A DNA stretch of 38,715 bases from a virus (Duplodnaviria > Caudoviricetes). Numbering within the stretch: the first letter of the stretch is position 1; each line of letters opens with the position of its first letter. The position numbers and the translations under genes were made by a program. Below the pieces are notes generated by a model, which made no database searches, had not been told where the DNA came from, and worked only from the letters and a program-made list of their open reading frames with translations. Of the stretch, positions 9,330 through 17,847 are shown one piece after another. The stretch spans positions 1 through 38,715 of the IMG/VR virus record IMGVR_UViG_3300032332_001579. One strand, 5' to 3'.

Positions 9330-9650
9330 TTATAATTTGCTTGTAGGCATTTCTAGCTGGTTTAAAATGTTCATTAATTCTTCTTCAGCTTTTTTAGGAT
9401 CTCTGTCTACATTTATATTTGAAATGGCGTTTTTTAAATCTAAATCATCTGTTGCTTTGTATAAAGATTTTTTTAGAGCCATGAGTAATGTTTTATACTT
9501 TTCTTCATTAAGGTCAATTGTTTCTGGAGTTGGTAATGCTGAATCAATTGAGTTTGAAACATCCTTTACTACTTCAGTTGGGGATTGTTCTTCTATATCA
9601 AGGCTTTGTTCTTCTATAACTGTGTTTATTAAATTTATAAATTTACTCAT
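9330..9650 (-). CDS. hypothetical protein (MSKF..IEE N-terminus)
   Basis: 106 aa; TAAATA box 8 nt upstream. Confidence 0.6.
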   Translation of the reverse strand: MSKFINLINTVIEEQSLDIEEQSPTEVVKDVSNSIDSALPTPETIDLNEEKYKTLLMALKKSLYKATDDLDLKNAISNINVDRDPKKAEEELMNILNQLEMPTSKL

Positions 9651-9719
9651 ATTTTTATTATTTATTACTTAGTGAATAATACCCCTAGTTTTTATAATAA
9701 GGAACCGCTGCTACCTTGA

Positions 9720-10220
9720 CTAATTATTTGGGTATAGTAGTTTATCAACGGTTTTTTGAAGAAATTCAATTTCTTCTCCTGTTGGATCTCCACATTTTAT
9801 ACTTTTAAATTCTCCTTTATAGTTCTTAAACAACAAGTTACATTTTTTCAATTCTTTGAAGTATTTCGTTTTTTTCTTAAATATTTTTTTAACGCTAGTA
9901 GAAAACAAGTCCGAATTTTCAAACCAAATTTGATATTCTTTATCCAAAGAGGTTTCTTTGTAAACCGTTAATATCTTGACATTAAGACGATGAAACATCA
10001 TTTTAAACATATCTAAGATAACGTCTATCTCTTTTTCTAGAAAATATTTAAAATATTTTTCTTTTTGGGTTATAAGATTGTCTTCTAATCCCCATTCTTT
10101 AAAATTTTTAATTATATTATCCGCTAAATGAGGCAAATATTCGTGTATAGGGAAAACTATAGTACGATATTTTAGGTAATAAATTAAAAGATTTTTAATC
10201 TTTACTTCCGTTTCCATCAC
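9720..10220 (-). CDS. hypothetical protein
   Basis: 166 aa ORF overlapping the upstream gene. Confidence 0.55.
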   Translation of the reverse strand: MMETEVKIKNLLIYYLKYRTIVFPIHEYLPHLADNIIKNFKEWGLEDNLITQKEKYFKYFLEKEIDVILDMFKMMFHRLNVKILTVYKETSLDKEYQIWFENSDLFSTSVKKIFKKKTKYFKELKKCNLLFKNYKGEFKSIKCGDPTGEEIEFLQKTVDKLLYPNN

Positions 10221-10752
10221 TATTGATTATAGCATGGATTAAAGATTCTTCCACCAATTCTGGGGGCAAAGATAGGTTAGCTTCTGTTATGGTTTCCGAC
10301 AATTGCTCTAGTATATTTTTAAATTTTTGTTTATACTTGTAGCTACTAATAAGGTTTTCTTTAGAGAGCTTTACATGACTAGGTAATTCCCTTATTTTTA
10401 AAGCCTCTAATAGTGGTTCACTTATTAAAGTTACAATATTTGTTATTTTTTTATAAAACCGGTCTAGAGGAGATTTATAAACTGTCTGTTCTGGTAATAA
10501 TTCTTTATTTTCAATTTTATTAAGCATATATTTCAACACAGATGCCTTTTCAGCTAAAACTGAAGACCTATTTAAAAATTCAGGACCCCTAACATGCACC
10601 TTACCATAAGGATTATATAAACAGCCAGACCCTACATAAGGTGAACCACAATAAATACATTTATTAGGATCATCCATATGAACATGGGTGTTAGTAGGGG
10701 AAAACAAACAAGGCCTTCCATGGGTTGATGAGCTGCAGTATATACAAGACAT
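10195..10752 (-). CDS. protein with two tandem CxxC-x8-C-x7/8-H putative Zn-binding repeats
   Basis: CIYCSSSTHGRPCLFSPTNTH and CIYCGSPYVGSGCLYNPYGKVH. Confidence 0.65.
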   Translation of the reverse strand: MSCIYCSSSTHGRPCLFSPTNTHVHMDDPNKCIYCGSPYVGSGCLYNPYGKVHVRGPEFLNRSSVLAEKASVLKYMLNKIENKELLPEQTVYKSPLDRFYKKITNIVTLISEPLLEALKIRELPSHVKLSKENLISSYKYKQKFKNILEQLSETITEANLSLPPELVEESLIHAIINSDGNGSKD

Positions 10753-10766
10753 TTTATATATTTAAT

Positions 10767-11195
10767 CTAAAGTTGTGTAAATTGAGATTTAATTTGCGAA
10801 GGGGGTGTTCCGATTCGAACATTTATAATTCCGTTATAATAATCATCTCTTAATAATACATTTTTATTAATTTGTTCTTTAATTTCTTCGTAAGCTAATT
10901 CCCATTTAGAACCACAAGTTTTAACTATTTTAAAGGTAAAATTTTCTTTACCATATTTAGCAATATCTTCATTTAAGTCATTTGAAGAGCTGGTATATGT
11001 CTTCCACGTAGATTCTGCAATAGTAATTCTATTTCGAGTTTTTCCTTTAAGAGGTTTTCTTTTTATCCTCATAAAACATTGTTTCTTACCTATATACTTC
11101 TTATTTGTGGTTAAATTTGTTATTTCATAAATAAACCCAAAAGTAGTTTCATTTATTGAAACGCCTTTATTTAATATCCAATGACCAGTATCCAT
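10767..11195 (-). CDS. GIY-YIG endonuclease (Seg/EndoII-like)
   Basis: GFIYEITNLTTNKKYIGKK, WKTYTSSS, GKENF, YYNG. Confidence 0.85.
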   Translation of the reverse strand: MDTGHWILNKGVSINETTFGFIYEITNLTTNKKYIGKKQCFMRIKRKPLKGKTRNRITIAESTWKTYTSSSNDLNEDIAKYGKENFTFKIVKTCGSKWELAYEEIKEQINKNVLLRDDYYNGIINVRIGTPPSQIKSQFTQL

Positions 11196-11434
11196 TACAT
11201 GTCGTTTTTAGGCAAAGTTCTGCGAATTATAGGAAATTGAGATTCTTTAATTTTCTTCTTTTTTTTCTTTTTTTTAGGCCCTAATTTAGAAGCTTTACCA
11301 GATATAGACATTGCAGCATATACATTAGGATCTGTTACTACATTTCCTGGTCCATCTCCAAATACACCACCAGGAAACCCAGCAGCATTCATATTTTCCA
11401 TTAATTGGTTTACTAATTGTTGAAATTTGTTCAT
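11195..11434 (-). CDS. small protein with poly-Lys tract
   Basis: 79 aa, MNKFQQLVNQLMEN N-terminus, KKKKKKKK; stop/start overlap with the GIY-YIG gene. Confidence 0.6.
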   Translation of the reverse strand: MNKFQQLVNQLMENMNAAGFPGGVFGDGPGNVVTDPNVYAAMSISGKASKLGPKKKKKKKKIKESQFPIIRRTLPKNDM

Positions 11435-11461
11435 TTTATATTATAATGATTACATCTACTT

Positions 11462-11860
11462 ATGGTTAACCTGGAAGATTTCAAAATAGAATTACAAGAA
11501 GACACGAGAATAGATGAAATAAATCTTTCTCAAAAGCAACTCATGTTGCCTGCTATAAAACATAAATGGGTTGCACGTCTTATAGAACATAAACGCAGAT
11601 TAAACAGTCTTAAAAGAAAAAAGAAAACTGTTAGAGCAGCTGTTATAATTTCTTTAGAGAGAGAAGGATTACCTCCAGGATTGCCTAAGAGTGCTTTAGA
11701 TAAAAAAATAGATTCCTCAGATGCTATTCTAAAAATAGATGAAGAAATTGAGGATACTGAAATTATTGTAGAATATTTTGAAAAAGTTGAAAGTATTTTT
11801 CGGTCTATGACATATGATATTAAAAACATCATAGACATTAACCGTCTTGAGACAACATAA
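11462..11860 (+). CDS. uvsY: recombination mediator UvsY-like
   Basis: DTRIDEINL..PAIKHKW..MTYDIKNIID pattern, size, and position directly before uvsW; TTGAAA-N16-TATAAT at 11420-11447. Confidence 0.7.
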   Translation: MVNLEDFKIELQEDTRIDEINLSQKQLMLPAIKHKWVARLIEHKRRLNSLKRKKKTVRAAVIISLEREGLPPGLPKSALDKKIDSSDAILKIDEEIEDTEIIVEYFEKVESIFRSMTYDIKNIIDINRLETT

Positions 11861-13026
11861 TGATAGAACTTTCGATAACACAGTCTAAAGCCAAATTAGG
11901 ACAAATATCTGGAGACGATTATCAAGCAATACATCTAGTCAGAGAACATTTTTCTATAGCAAATCCTGCATATCGCCGCAATGCTCCTTATATACAAGCA
12001 AGGTTATATGCTATTACACCTGCAGGTAAATTTGAATTAGGGTTACTTGGTTCTATTATAACTTTTTTAGAATTAAATCATTACGAATATGTAGTTAGTG
12101 AACAATTACAAGAATTGTGTAATGTAGGTTTTGCAAATCCAGAAATCAAAACTTTAAATTTACAATATAGAGATTATCAAGAAGCTTCTGTTATATCAGC
12201 TTTAAAACAGGGCAATGGAGTTACGTTAATACCTACAGCCGGTGGAAAGACTTTAATATGTGCAGGTTTGATAGAAAGTTTGAGACTCAATTTAAAAAAT
12301 CGAACTGCATTAACTTTAGTTATGGTTCCTACTTTGCAATTAGTAGAACAGACAGCTAATGATTTTATTTCTTATGGATTGACAAATGTTACAAAGTGGT
12401 CTGGAGACAATATACCGGATCCAAAAGCAAATATTATTGTAGCAGGAACACAGATACTTTTAAGTGATAAAACTGACCTTTCAATCTTAGATGATGCCAA
12501 AATTCTTTTGGTTGATGAGTGCTTGAGAAAAAACACACTAATTTCTACTAATAAAGGATATATTAAAATACAAAATATTAAAGTAGGTGACTTTGTCAAA
12601 TCCTTTAACATCGAAACCGGAAAAATAGAATATAAATCAGTTTTAAACACGTGGCACAATCTGCCGCAAAGCAGTTCTTATGATTATTTCCTTGAGATAA
12701 AACTAGAAGACGGCACTACCATACAAGTTACCCCTAACCATAAAATATTTACAAATAGGGGATATGTAAAAGCAGAAGACCTAACCGTTTTAGACGAAAT
12801 TTTATCCATTAAATCTTCTAAAACAATGACATTCCGGTATAAATACTTGTATGCAAAAGCAAGTATATCAACACTCTTGTTTAATATGTCACAAACGTGT
12901 AAAGTATGTTGGCAGACATTTAAAACATTGCCATCCAGAATTTACCCTAAAAACATACTACGATGTTTTTTTAAAAAAACCCAACGAAGGAATATGCCTC
13001 AAATGTCAAACCCCTACAAAGTTTAA
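11860..13026 (+). CDS. uvsW: UvsW helicase N-terminal half fused to split intein N-part
   Basis: YRDYQ, PTAGGKT, VPTLQLVEQ, LLVDE followed directly by intein block A CLRKNTLISTNKG and block B VTPNHKIFT. Confidence 0.9.
   Translation: MIELSITQSKAKLGQISGDDYQAIHLVREHFSIANPAYRRNAPYIQARLYAITPAGKFELGLLGSIITFLELNHYEYVVSEQLQELCNVGFANPEIKTLNLQYRDYQEASVISALKQGNGVTLIPTAGGKTLICAGLIESLRLNLKNRTALTLVMVPTLQLVEQTANDFISYGLTNVTKWSGDNIPDPKANIIVAGTQILLSDKTDLSILDDAKILLVDECLRKNTLISTNKGYIKIQNIKVGDFVKSFNIETGKIEYKSVLNTWHNLPQSSSYDYFLEIKLEDGTTIQVTPNHKIFTNRGYVKAEDLTVLDEILSIKSSKTMTFRYKYLYAKASISTLLFNMSQTCKVCWQTFKTLPSRIYPKNILRCFFKKTQRRNMPQMSNPYKV
12520..12820 (+). mobile_element. split intein N-fragment (IntN), 3' end approximate
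   Basis: Cys1 codon TGC at 12520; IKVGDFV, TxxH (TPNH), GYVKAEDL Hint motifs; no C-terminal splice motif in this ORF. Confidence 0.88.
12838..12845 (+). promoter_or_regulatory. T4-type late promoter for the endonuclease gene
   Basis: Exact TATAAATA, 5 nt before ATG 12851. Confidence 0.6.
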
Positions 13027-13720
13027 AAAAAGCTTAACTGAAGGATATTATACATTTTGCAGCAAATATTGTTCAGCAATGACAGCCAACATTAAAGGAT
13101 TACAAACAATACACAATTCACCCTTAACAAAGAAAATAAGAAAAAAGATTATAAAAAAAATAAAAATATTTTGGGACAGCAAAAGGGGAACAAAACTCAA
13201 AATGAAATTTAGCAAAGAAAGAATGGGGGACAAAAACCCGGTGCATCGTCAAACACCAGAAACCCGCGAAAGAATAAAAATTAATAATTCCATCAAAATG
13301 AAAAATTTAATATTAAGTGGAAAATTTGTACCCCCGGTTACAAATTCGTGGAGTTTTTCAAGAATTATAATAAACAATATCCCATTTAGGAGTTCTTGGG
13401 AAGCCGTTTTTTATATATTAAACCCCACTTTAGAATATGAAAAAGTTGTTATTCCCTACATGGTAAACAATATCAAAAAGAATTATATTGTTGATTTTGT
13501 GGACCACATCGACAAAATCATTTATGAAATAAAACCAAAAGCCACCAAGCAAAATGCCATAAACCTAATAAAAGAAAAGGCAGCACTAAAATGGGCAAAA
13601 AAAAACAAATATGAGTATGTTTGTATCTCCAATGAATATTTTGAACAAAACGCCAACAAGATAGATTACGCAGCGTATGAACCTAAACTAAAAAAGTCCA
13701 TGAATCAATTTTTAAAATGA
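12851..13720 (+). CDS. free-standing putative homing endonuclease (Zn fingers + NUMOD3-like + TnsA/gp4-like PD-(D/E)xK domain)
   Basis: CLIC..HLKHCH, CLKC..FCSKYC, GDKNPVHRQTPETRERIK, FRSSWE..YEKVVIPY..YIVDF..YEIKP; different frame from both uvsW halves. Confidence 0.75.
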   Translation: MQKQVYQHSCLICHKRVKYVGRHLKHCHPEFTLKTYYDVFLKKPNEGICLKCQTPTKFKKSLTEGYYTFCSKYCSAMTANIKGLQTIHNSPLTKKIRKKIIKKIKIFWDSKRGTKLKMKFSKERMGDKNPVHRQTPETRERIKINNSIKMKNLILSGKFVPPVTNSWSFSRIIINNIPFRSSWEAVFYILNPTLEYEKVVIPYMVNNIKKNYIVDFVDHIDKIIYEIKPKATKQNAINLIKEKAALKWAKKNKYEYVCISNEYFEQNANKIDYAAYEPKLKKSMNQFLK

Positions 13721-13824
13721 AAATTAAAACCATAAAAAAAATTAACAGAAACAATGAAAAGGTTTTTAATTTGGAAATTGCAGAAAATAATAACTATTTT
13801 GCCAACAATATATTAGTTAGCAAC
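13717..13824 (+). mobile_element. split intein C-fragment (IntC)
   Basis: Own ATG, basic MKIKTIKKI start, block F VFNLEI..NYFAN, terminal Asn (13822-13824), +1 Cys. Confidence 0.9.
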
Positions 13825-14589
13825 TGCCATGTATTAAGAAGAGGCAATCAGATTAATAAAGTTTTAAATTTTATAAAAACCCCTTATAAATTTGGATTTA
13901 CAGGCACAATGCCTTCATCCGAAATAGATCAGTGGAATATTATAGGTAAATTAGGTCCTATAACATATGAACAAAAAACAGATACTTTAAAAAAGCAAAC
14001 ATATGTTTCAAATTTTCGTATAGTTATTCTGAATATAAAACATAGTCAAGTTCCTAAATTTATAATCAATCCCGAGACTCCAGCTGAAGCATATCAAAGT
14101 GAACTTGAATTTCTTTTAAATAATGAAAGAAGAAATCAAATCATATCTAATTTAGCAGACAAATTAAACCAAAATACCCTAATCATGGTAGATCGAATTA
14201 ATCATGGTGAGGTTCTTTTTGAAAAAATAGAAAAAATTACTTCTAAAAAAGTGTATTTTATCAGAGGATCTACAGACATAGATGATAGGGAAAACATTAG
14301 AAACTTAATGAATGATCGGAGTGATATAATAATCATAGCCATTTCAAAAATTTTTAGTACTGGTATTAATATACCTAATTTACACAACATAATATTTGCG
14401 TCTGCAGGGAAAGCTAAAATCAAGATCATGCAGTCTATAGGTAGAGCTTTGAGATTACATCCGACGAAAAAGATTGCAACAATATTTGACATTGCAGATA
14501 ATACAAAATATGGTATAATACATTTAAAAGAACGTAAAAAATTATATAAATCAGAAAATTATGAAAACACAGAAAAGCAATTATCGTAA
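13717..14589 (+). CDS. uvsW: split intein C-part fused to UvsW C-terminal half
   Basis: 36-aa IntC ending VFNLEIAENNNYFANNILVSN then CH; GFTGT, FSTGINIPNL, QSIGRALR helicase motifs. Confidence 0.9.
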   Translation: MKIKTIKKINRNNEKVFNLEIAENNNYFANNILVSNCHVLRRGNQINKVLNFIKTPYKFGFTGTMPSSEIDQWNIIGKLGPITYEQKTDTLKKQTYVSNFRIVILNIKHSQVPKFIINPETPAEAYQSELEFLLNNERRNQIISNLADKLNQNTLIMVDRINHGEVLFEKIEKITSKKVYFIRGSTDIDDRENIRNLMNDRSDIIIIAISKIFSTGINIPNLHNIIFASAGKAKIKIMQSIGRALRLHPTKKIATIFDIADNTKYGIIHLKERKKLYKSENYENTEKQLS

Positions 14590-15235
14590 GAAAAAAAATA
14601 TTTTAAAGAAAATATCTAAAATTGAATCAGGCCAAGATGACCAAGAAGAAGATAACCTATATGGGGAAGACTGGTCTAAACAAGAAAATTTAAATGATGA
14701 AAATGATGAGATAGAGGTTGAAGAAGTTGAAGAGGATGTTGATGAAGAAGTAGAAGAAGAAGTGGAAGTAGAAGAAACCCCAGTTTCTGAAATGAGGAAA
14801 AAGGGTAAAAAACCTACAGACAAAGAAAAGTTTTATGTAGACCCTAAACAATTCGATGATGAAATTGTGGTATATTACGATACAGGGAATATGTCTAATG
14901 AATTAGCTTTAATGGTTAGTAAAATTGCTCATAAGCTTAGTTATGCTCCTAATTTTATTAACTATACATTCAGAGAAGAAATGGTTGGAGATGGAGTTAT
15001 TAGAATGTTTAAAGCTTTAATGTCAAAAAAATATGACAGAGAGAAAGGAACCAATCCTTTTTCATATTTTACCAGAATAGCATTTAATGCTTTTCGTAAT
15101 AGAATTAAAAAAGAAAAACACATGAGAGACACTCATGAAAAATATCAAAATGAATTGATGCTTTTCTCGGAAAATTATAATACATTAGTCCGCAATAACC
15201 AATTAAAAGTGTTAAAAGAGCGCCTTGATAAATGA
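14561..15235 (+). CDS. late transcription sigma factor (T4 gp55-like) with acidic N-terminal extension
   Basis: YVD, LSYAPNFINYTFREEMVGDG, NPFSYFTRIAFNAFRNRIKKEK. Confidence 0.88.
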   Translation: MKTQKSNYRKKKNILKKISKIESGQDDQEEDNLYGEDWSKQENLNDENDEIEVEEVEEDVDEEVEEEVEVEETPVSEMRKKGKKPTDKEKFYVDPKQFDDEIVVYYDTGNMSNELALMVSKIAHKLSYAPNFINYTFREEMVGDGVIRMFKALMSKKYDREKGTNPFSYFTRIAFNAFRNRIKKEKHMRDTHEKYQNELMLFSENYNTLVRNNQLKVLKERLDK

Positions 15236-16281
15236 TGTCTTTAAAACATAATTTAATAGGCACTTTTTCAGACATACATATTGGGCTAGGTCAAGATAGT
15301 TCAATGTGGCATGATGCTACTTTAAAATTTGCACGTTGGGTTAAAGATTTTTATCAAGCTAAAGGTATAGATGATATAATCATTCCTGGAGATATATTCC
15401 ACAATCGTAATGAAATATCGGTTCACACATTAAACGCAGCTAAAGAGTTTTTTGATATTCTATCAGATTTTAACATTTATATTTCAACCGGTAATCACGA
15501 TTGTTATTATAAAGATCGTTCAGATGTTAATTCAATATCTCTATTAAACAAATGGAACAATATTATAATAGCAGATGTTAATCCTATTACTTTAACATAT
15601 AAGAACAAAAACATATCATTAATTCCATGGGCAACACCTTTGTTAGACATTCCAGAAAGTGATATAATTTTTGGCCATTTTGAAATTAATTCATTTCATA
15701 TGAATACACATAAAATATGTGATAAGGGTATTGAATCTGAAGCTCTTTTAAATAAATCTCCTTTTATTATTTCTGGCCATTTTCATAAAAAATCTCATAG
15801 GAAATATTCAACTGGTGAAGTTTGTTATTTGGGTAGTCCTTACCAACAAAATTTTGGAGATGTTGGTGATGAAAGAGGAATCTATATCTTAGATTTAAAT
15901 ACAAATTCATTAGATTTTCATCTTAACAAAGTATCTCCTATACACGTTAAAATATTTGTTTCTCAGATATTAAACCGCCAACAAAATTCTGAGTATTTAA
16001 AATCAAATATACCAGATAATATAGTAAGTTTAGTTATTGATGAATCTTTGTCTGCAGATAAAATCTCTTTAATAAGCTCAAAAATTCAAAAATTAAACCC
16101 CAAATCTTTTAGAATAGATTATAAATTAGACAGTGAAATTATCATAGGGCAACAAACTGCAAATTATTCATCTGTTGATGTACCTAAAAGTATAGAAGAT
16201 TTTGTTGAATCTCTGGACGTACAATATAAACCAGACGTTGTAAATTATTTGAACCACATTTATAATAAATTAACCGTATGA
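15232..16281 (+). CDS. recombination nuclease subunit (gp47/Mre11/SbcD-like)
   Basis: SDIHIG, GDIFH, GNHD, GHFE, SGHFH, YLGSPYQ. Confidence 0.92.
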   Translation: MMSLKHNLIGTFSDIHIGLGQDSSMWHDATLKFARWVKDFYQAKGIDDIIIPGDIFHNRNEISVHTLNAAKEFFDILSDFNIYISTGNHDCYYKDRSDVNSISLLNKWNNIIIADVNPITLTYKNKNISLIPWATPLLDIPESDIIFGHFEINSFHMNTHKICDKGIESEALLNKSPFIISGHFHKKSHRKYSTGEVCYLGSPYQQNFGDVGDERGIYILDLNTNSLDFHLNKVSPIHVKIFVSQILNRQQNSEYLKSNIPDNIVSLVIDESLSADKISLISSKIQKLNPKSFRIDYKLDSEIIIGQQTANYSSVDVPKSIEDFVESLDVQYKPDVVNYLNHIYNKLTV

Positions 16282-17054
16282 ACAATAAAATAGGAATAGG
16301 AATATTAGATATATATGATCAAAATCTTTTAGATGATTGTGTAAGCTCAATACCAGAAGAATTTAAAGAAAACGTATTTATTGCATCAGTATCTAACAAT
16401 AAATCTTTTACAAAGAATCATAAGCAATACAATTCAGATGTATGTTTTGCAACCTTGCGTAATTGGTTGTTAACACAAATGAGAATCAAAGAGCTAAAAT
16501 ATTACTTTTTAATAGATTCCAATATATTAATAACCGACCATGAGATTTTTACCAAAACTATTAAATTAGCAGAAGTTTTCGGAACATGGATGATAACTGG
16601 TATTGGTCAAAATAATATACCAATTGAAGATGACGTTAATAATGTTACTCTTAATATATCTCCTTCTCTAAATTCTTCTTTTATGTTCATATATTCTGGC
16701 ATTATTAAAAATAATGGATATTTTGATGAAAGACATTTTAATACAAAAGATTTAGATGTTTTGGACTATATCATTAAATTGAGAAAGAAAGAAATTTACC
16801 CACCTAACAATTTTAATCCAACAATTTCTGAAGGTTTTAAAGCAACCCCTTCAGAAATTAAGAAAAAAGACCACATAGATAGATTAGACATGTTTCCAAG
16901 AGATATACACAAAAGTCTGCAATTATCATATGGATATTTCCACCATAATCACAAATATCTACCAGGTCAAAACGATCCAGCTCCTGTTAGTCAGGAAGAT
17001 TTATTGAAAAGTATAGAAAAATTACAAAAAAATTATGCCCGTCCCCAATCATAA
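16278..17054 (+). CDS. divergent GT2-like protein
   Basis: KIGIGI start and GYFDER shared with the two following GT2 genes; FLIDSNI in place of FLxEDDI. Confidence 0.5.
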   Translation: MNNKIGIGILDIYDQNLLDDCVSSIPEEFKENVFIASVSNNKSFTKNHKQYNSDVCFATLRNWLLTQMRIKELKYYFLIDSNILITDHEIFTKTIKLAEVFGTWMITGIGQNNIPIEDDVNNVTLNISPSLNSSFMFIYSGIIKNNGYFDERHFNTKDLDVLDYIIKLRKKEIYPPNNFNPTISEGFKATPSEIKKKDHIDRLDMFPRDIHKSLQLSYGYFHHNHKYLPGQNDPAPVSQEDLLKSIEKLQKNYARPQS

Positions 17055-17847
17055 AATAGGTCTTGGGTTAATAACCTGTGATAGGCCAGATTTTTTCGAA
17101 AAGTCTTCAAATTCACTATATAAATTAGATTGTGTTAAAGTAGTTGTAGATGATGGAGAAACTAAAGTCTCTACTCTTTTAGATAAAATAGACACAGAAC
17201 ATCCAAAATCTGGTGTAGCTAAAGCCAAAAACAAAGCTTTAGAATTTTTAATAAAAGAAAAATGTGAACACATTTTTTTGATGGAAGATGATATAGAGGT
17301 ATTAGACGAAGCTGTGTTTGAGTTATACATCAATGCTTCTTTATCAACAGGTATTAAACACTTTAATTTTGGTCTACATGGTGATCATAACTTAGATCAC
17401 CTAGGTCGTCCTACTATAAGAACAACTGTAAATTATCCAGATAATTTAAAAATTGATTTATATCCTAATGTATTAGGAGCTTTTAGTTATTATCATATAG
17501 ATACTTTGAATAAAGTAGGATTGATGGATGAAAGGTTCTATAATGCGTTAGAACACGTTGATCATACCTATCAAATTATTAAACAAGGATATCATCCTCT
17601 TTTTAGATGGTTTGCAGATGTTACCGGATCTCAAAGATACTTAAAAGATATTGTTCCAGACCATCAACAATCTAAAATTCGCAGCGAAGCAGATCATATG
17701 CAAAATTTTCAAAAAGCTTTAAACCTTTTTATCGAAAAGAATAAATTTTCAGTAGTACAAGGTTATGGACCTGCAGAAAGAATGTATACAGAAAAAGATA
17801 CATTAGAAGACTTAAAAAAAATATGGAAACAATACCATCAAAAATAG
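17035..17847 (+). CDS. GT2 glycosyltransferase
   Basis: ITCDRP, VVVDDG, GVAKAKN, FLMEDD, VGLMDERF..EHVD. Confidence 0.8.
   Translation: MPVPNHKIGLGLITCDRPDFFEKSSNSLYKLDCVKVVVDDGETKVSTLLDKIDTEHPKSGVAKAKNKALEFLIKEKCEHIFLMEDDIEVLDEAVFELYINASLSTGIKHFNFGLHGDHNLDHLGRPTIRTTVNYPDNLKIDLYPNVLGAFSYYHIDTLNKVGLMDERFYNALEHVDHTYQIIKQGYHPLFRWFADVTGSQRYLKDIVPDHQQSKIRSEADHMQNFQKALNLFIEKNKFSVVQGYGPAERMYTEKDTLEDLKKIWKQYHQK

Noticed and set aside
10767-11195. GIY-YIG gene as an intron-encoded homing endonuclease
   Set aside because: It does not interrupt a gene, is tightly packed between neighbours and lacks extra DNA-binding domains or room for intron RNA.
11860-14589. uvsW as a frameshifted pseudogene, or one contiguous intein with sequencing errors
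   Set aside because: Would need two compensating frameshifts. The middle ORF has its own promoter and ATG, and IntC has its own ATG in an ATGA overlap with a typical split-intein start. Read-level confirmation is still needed.
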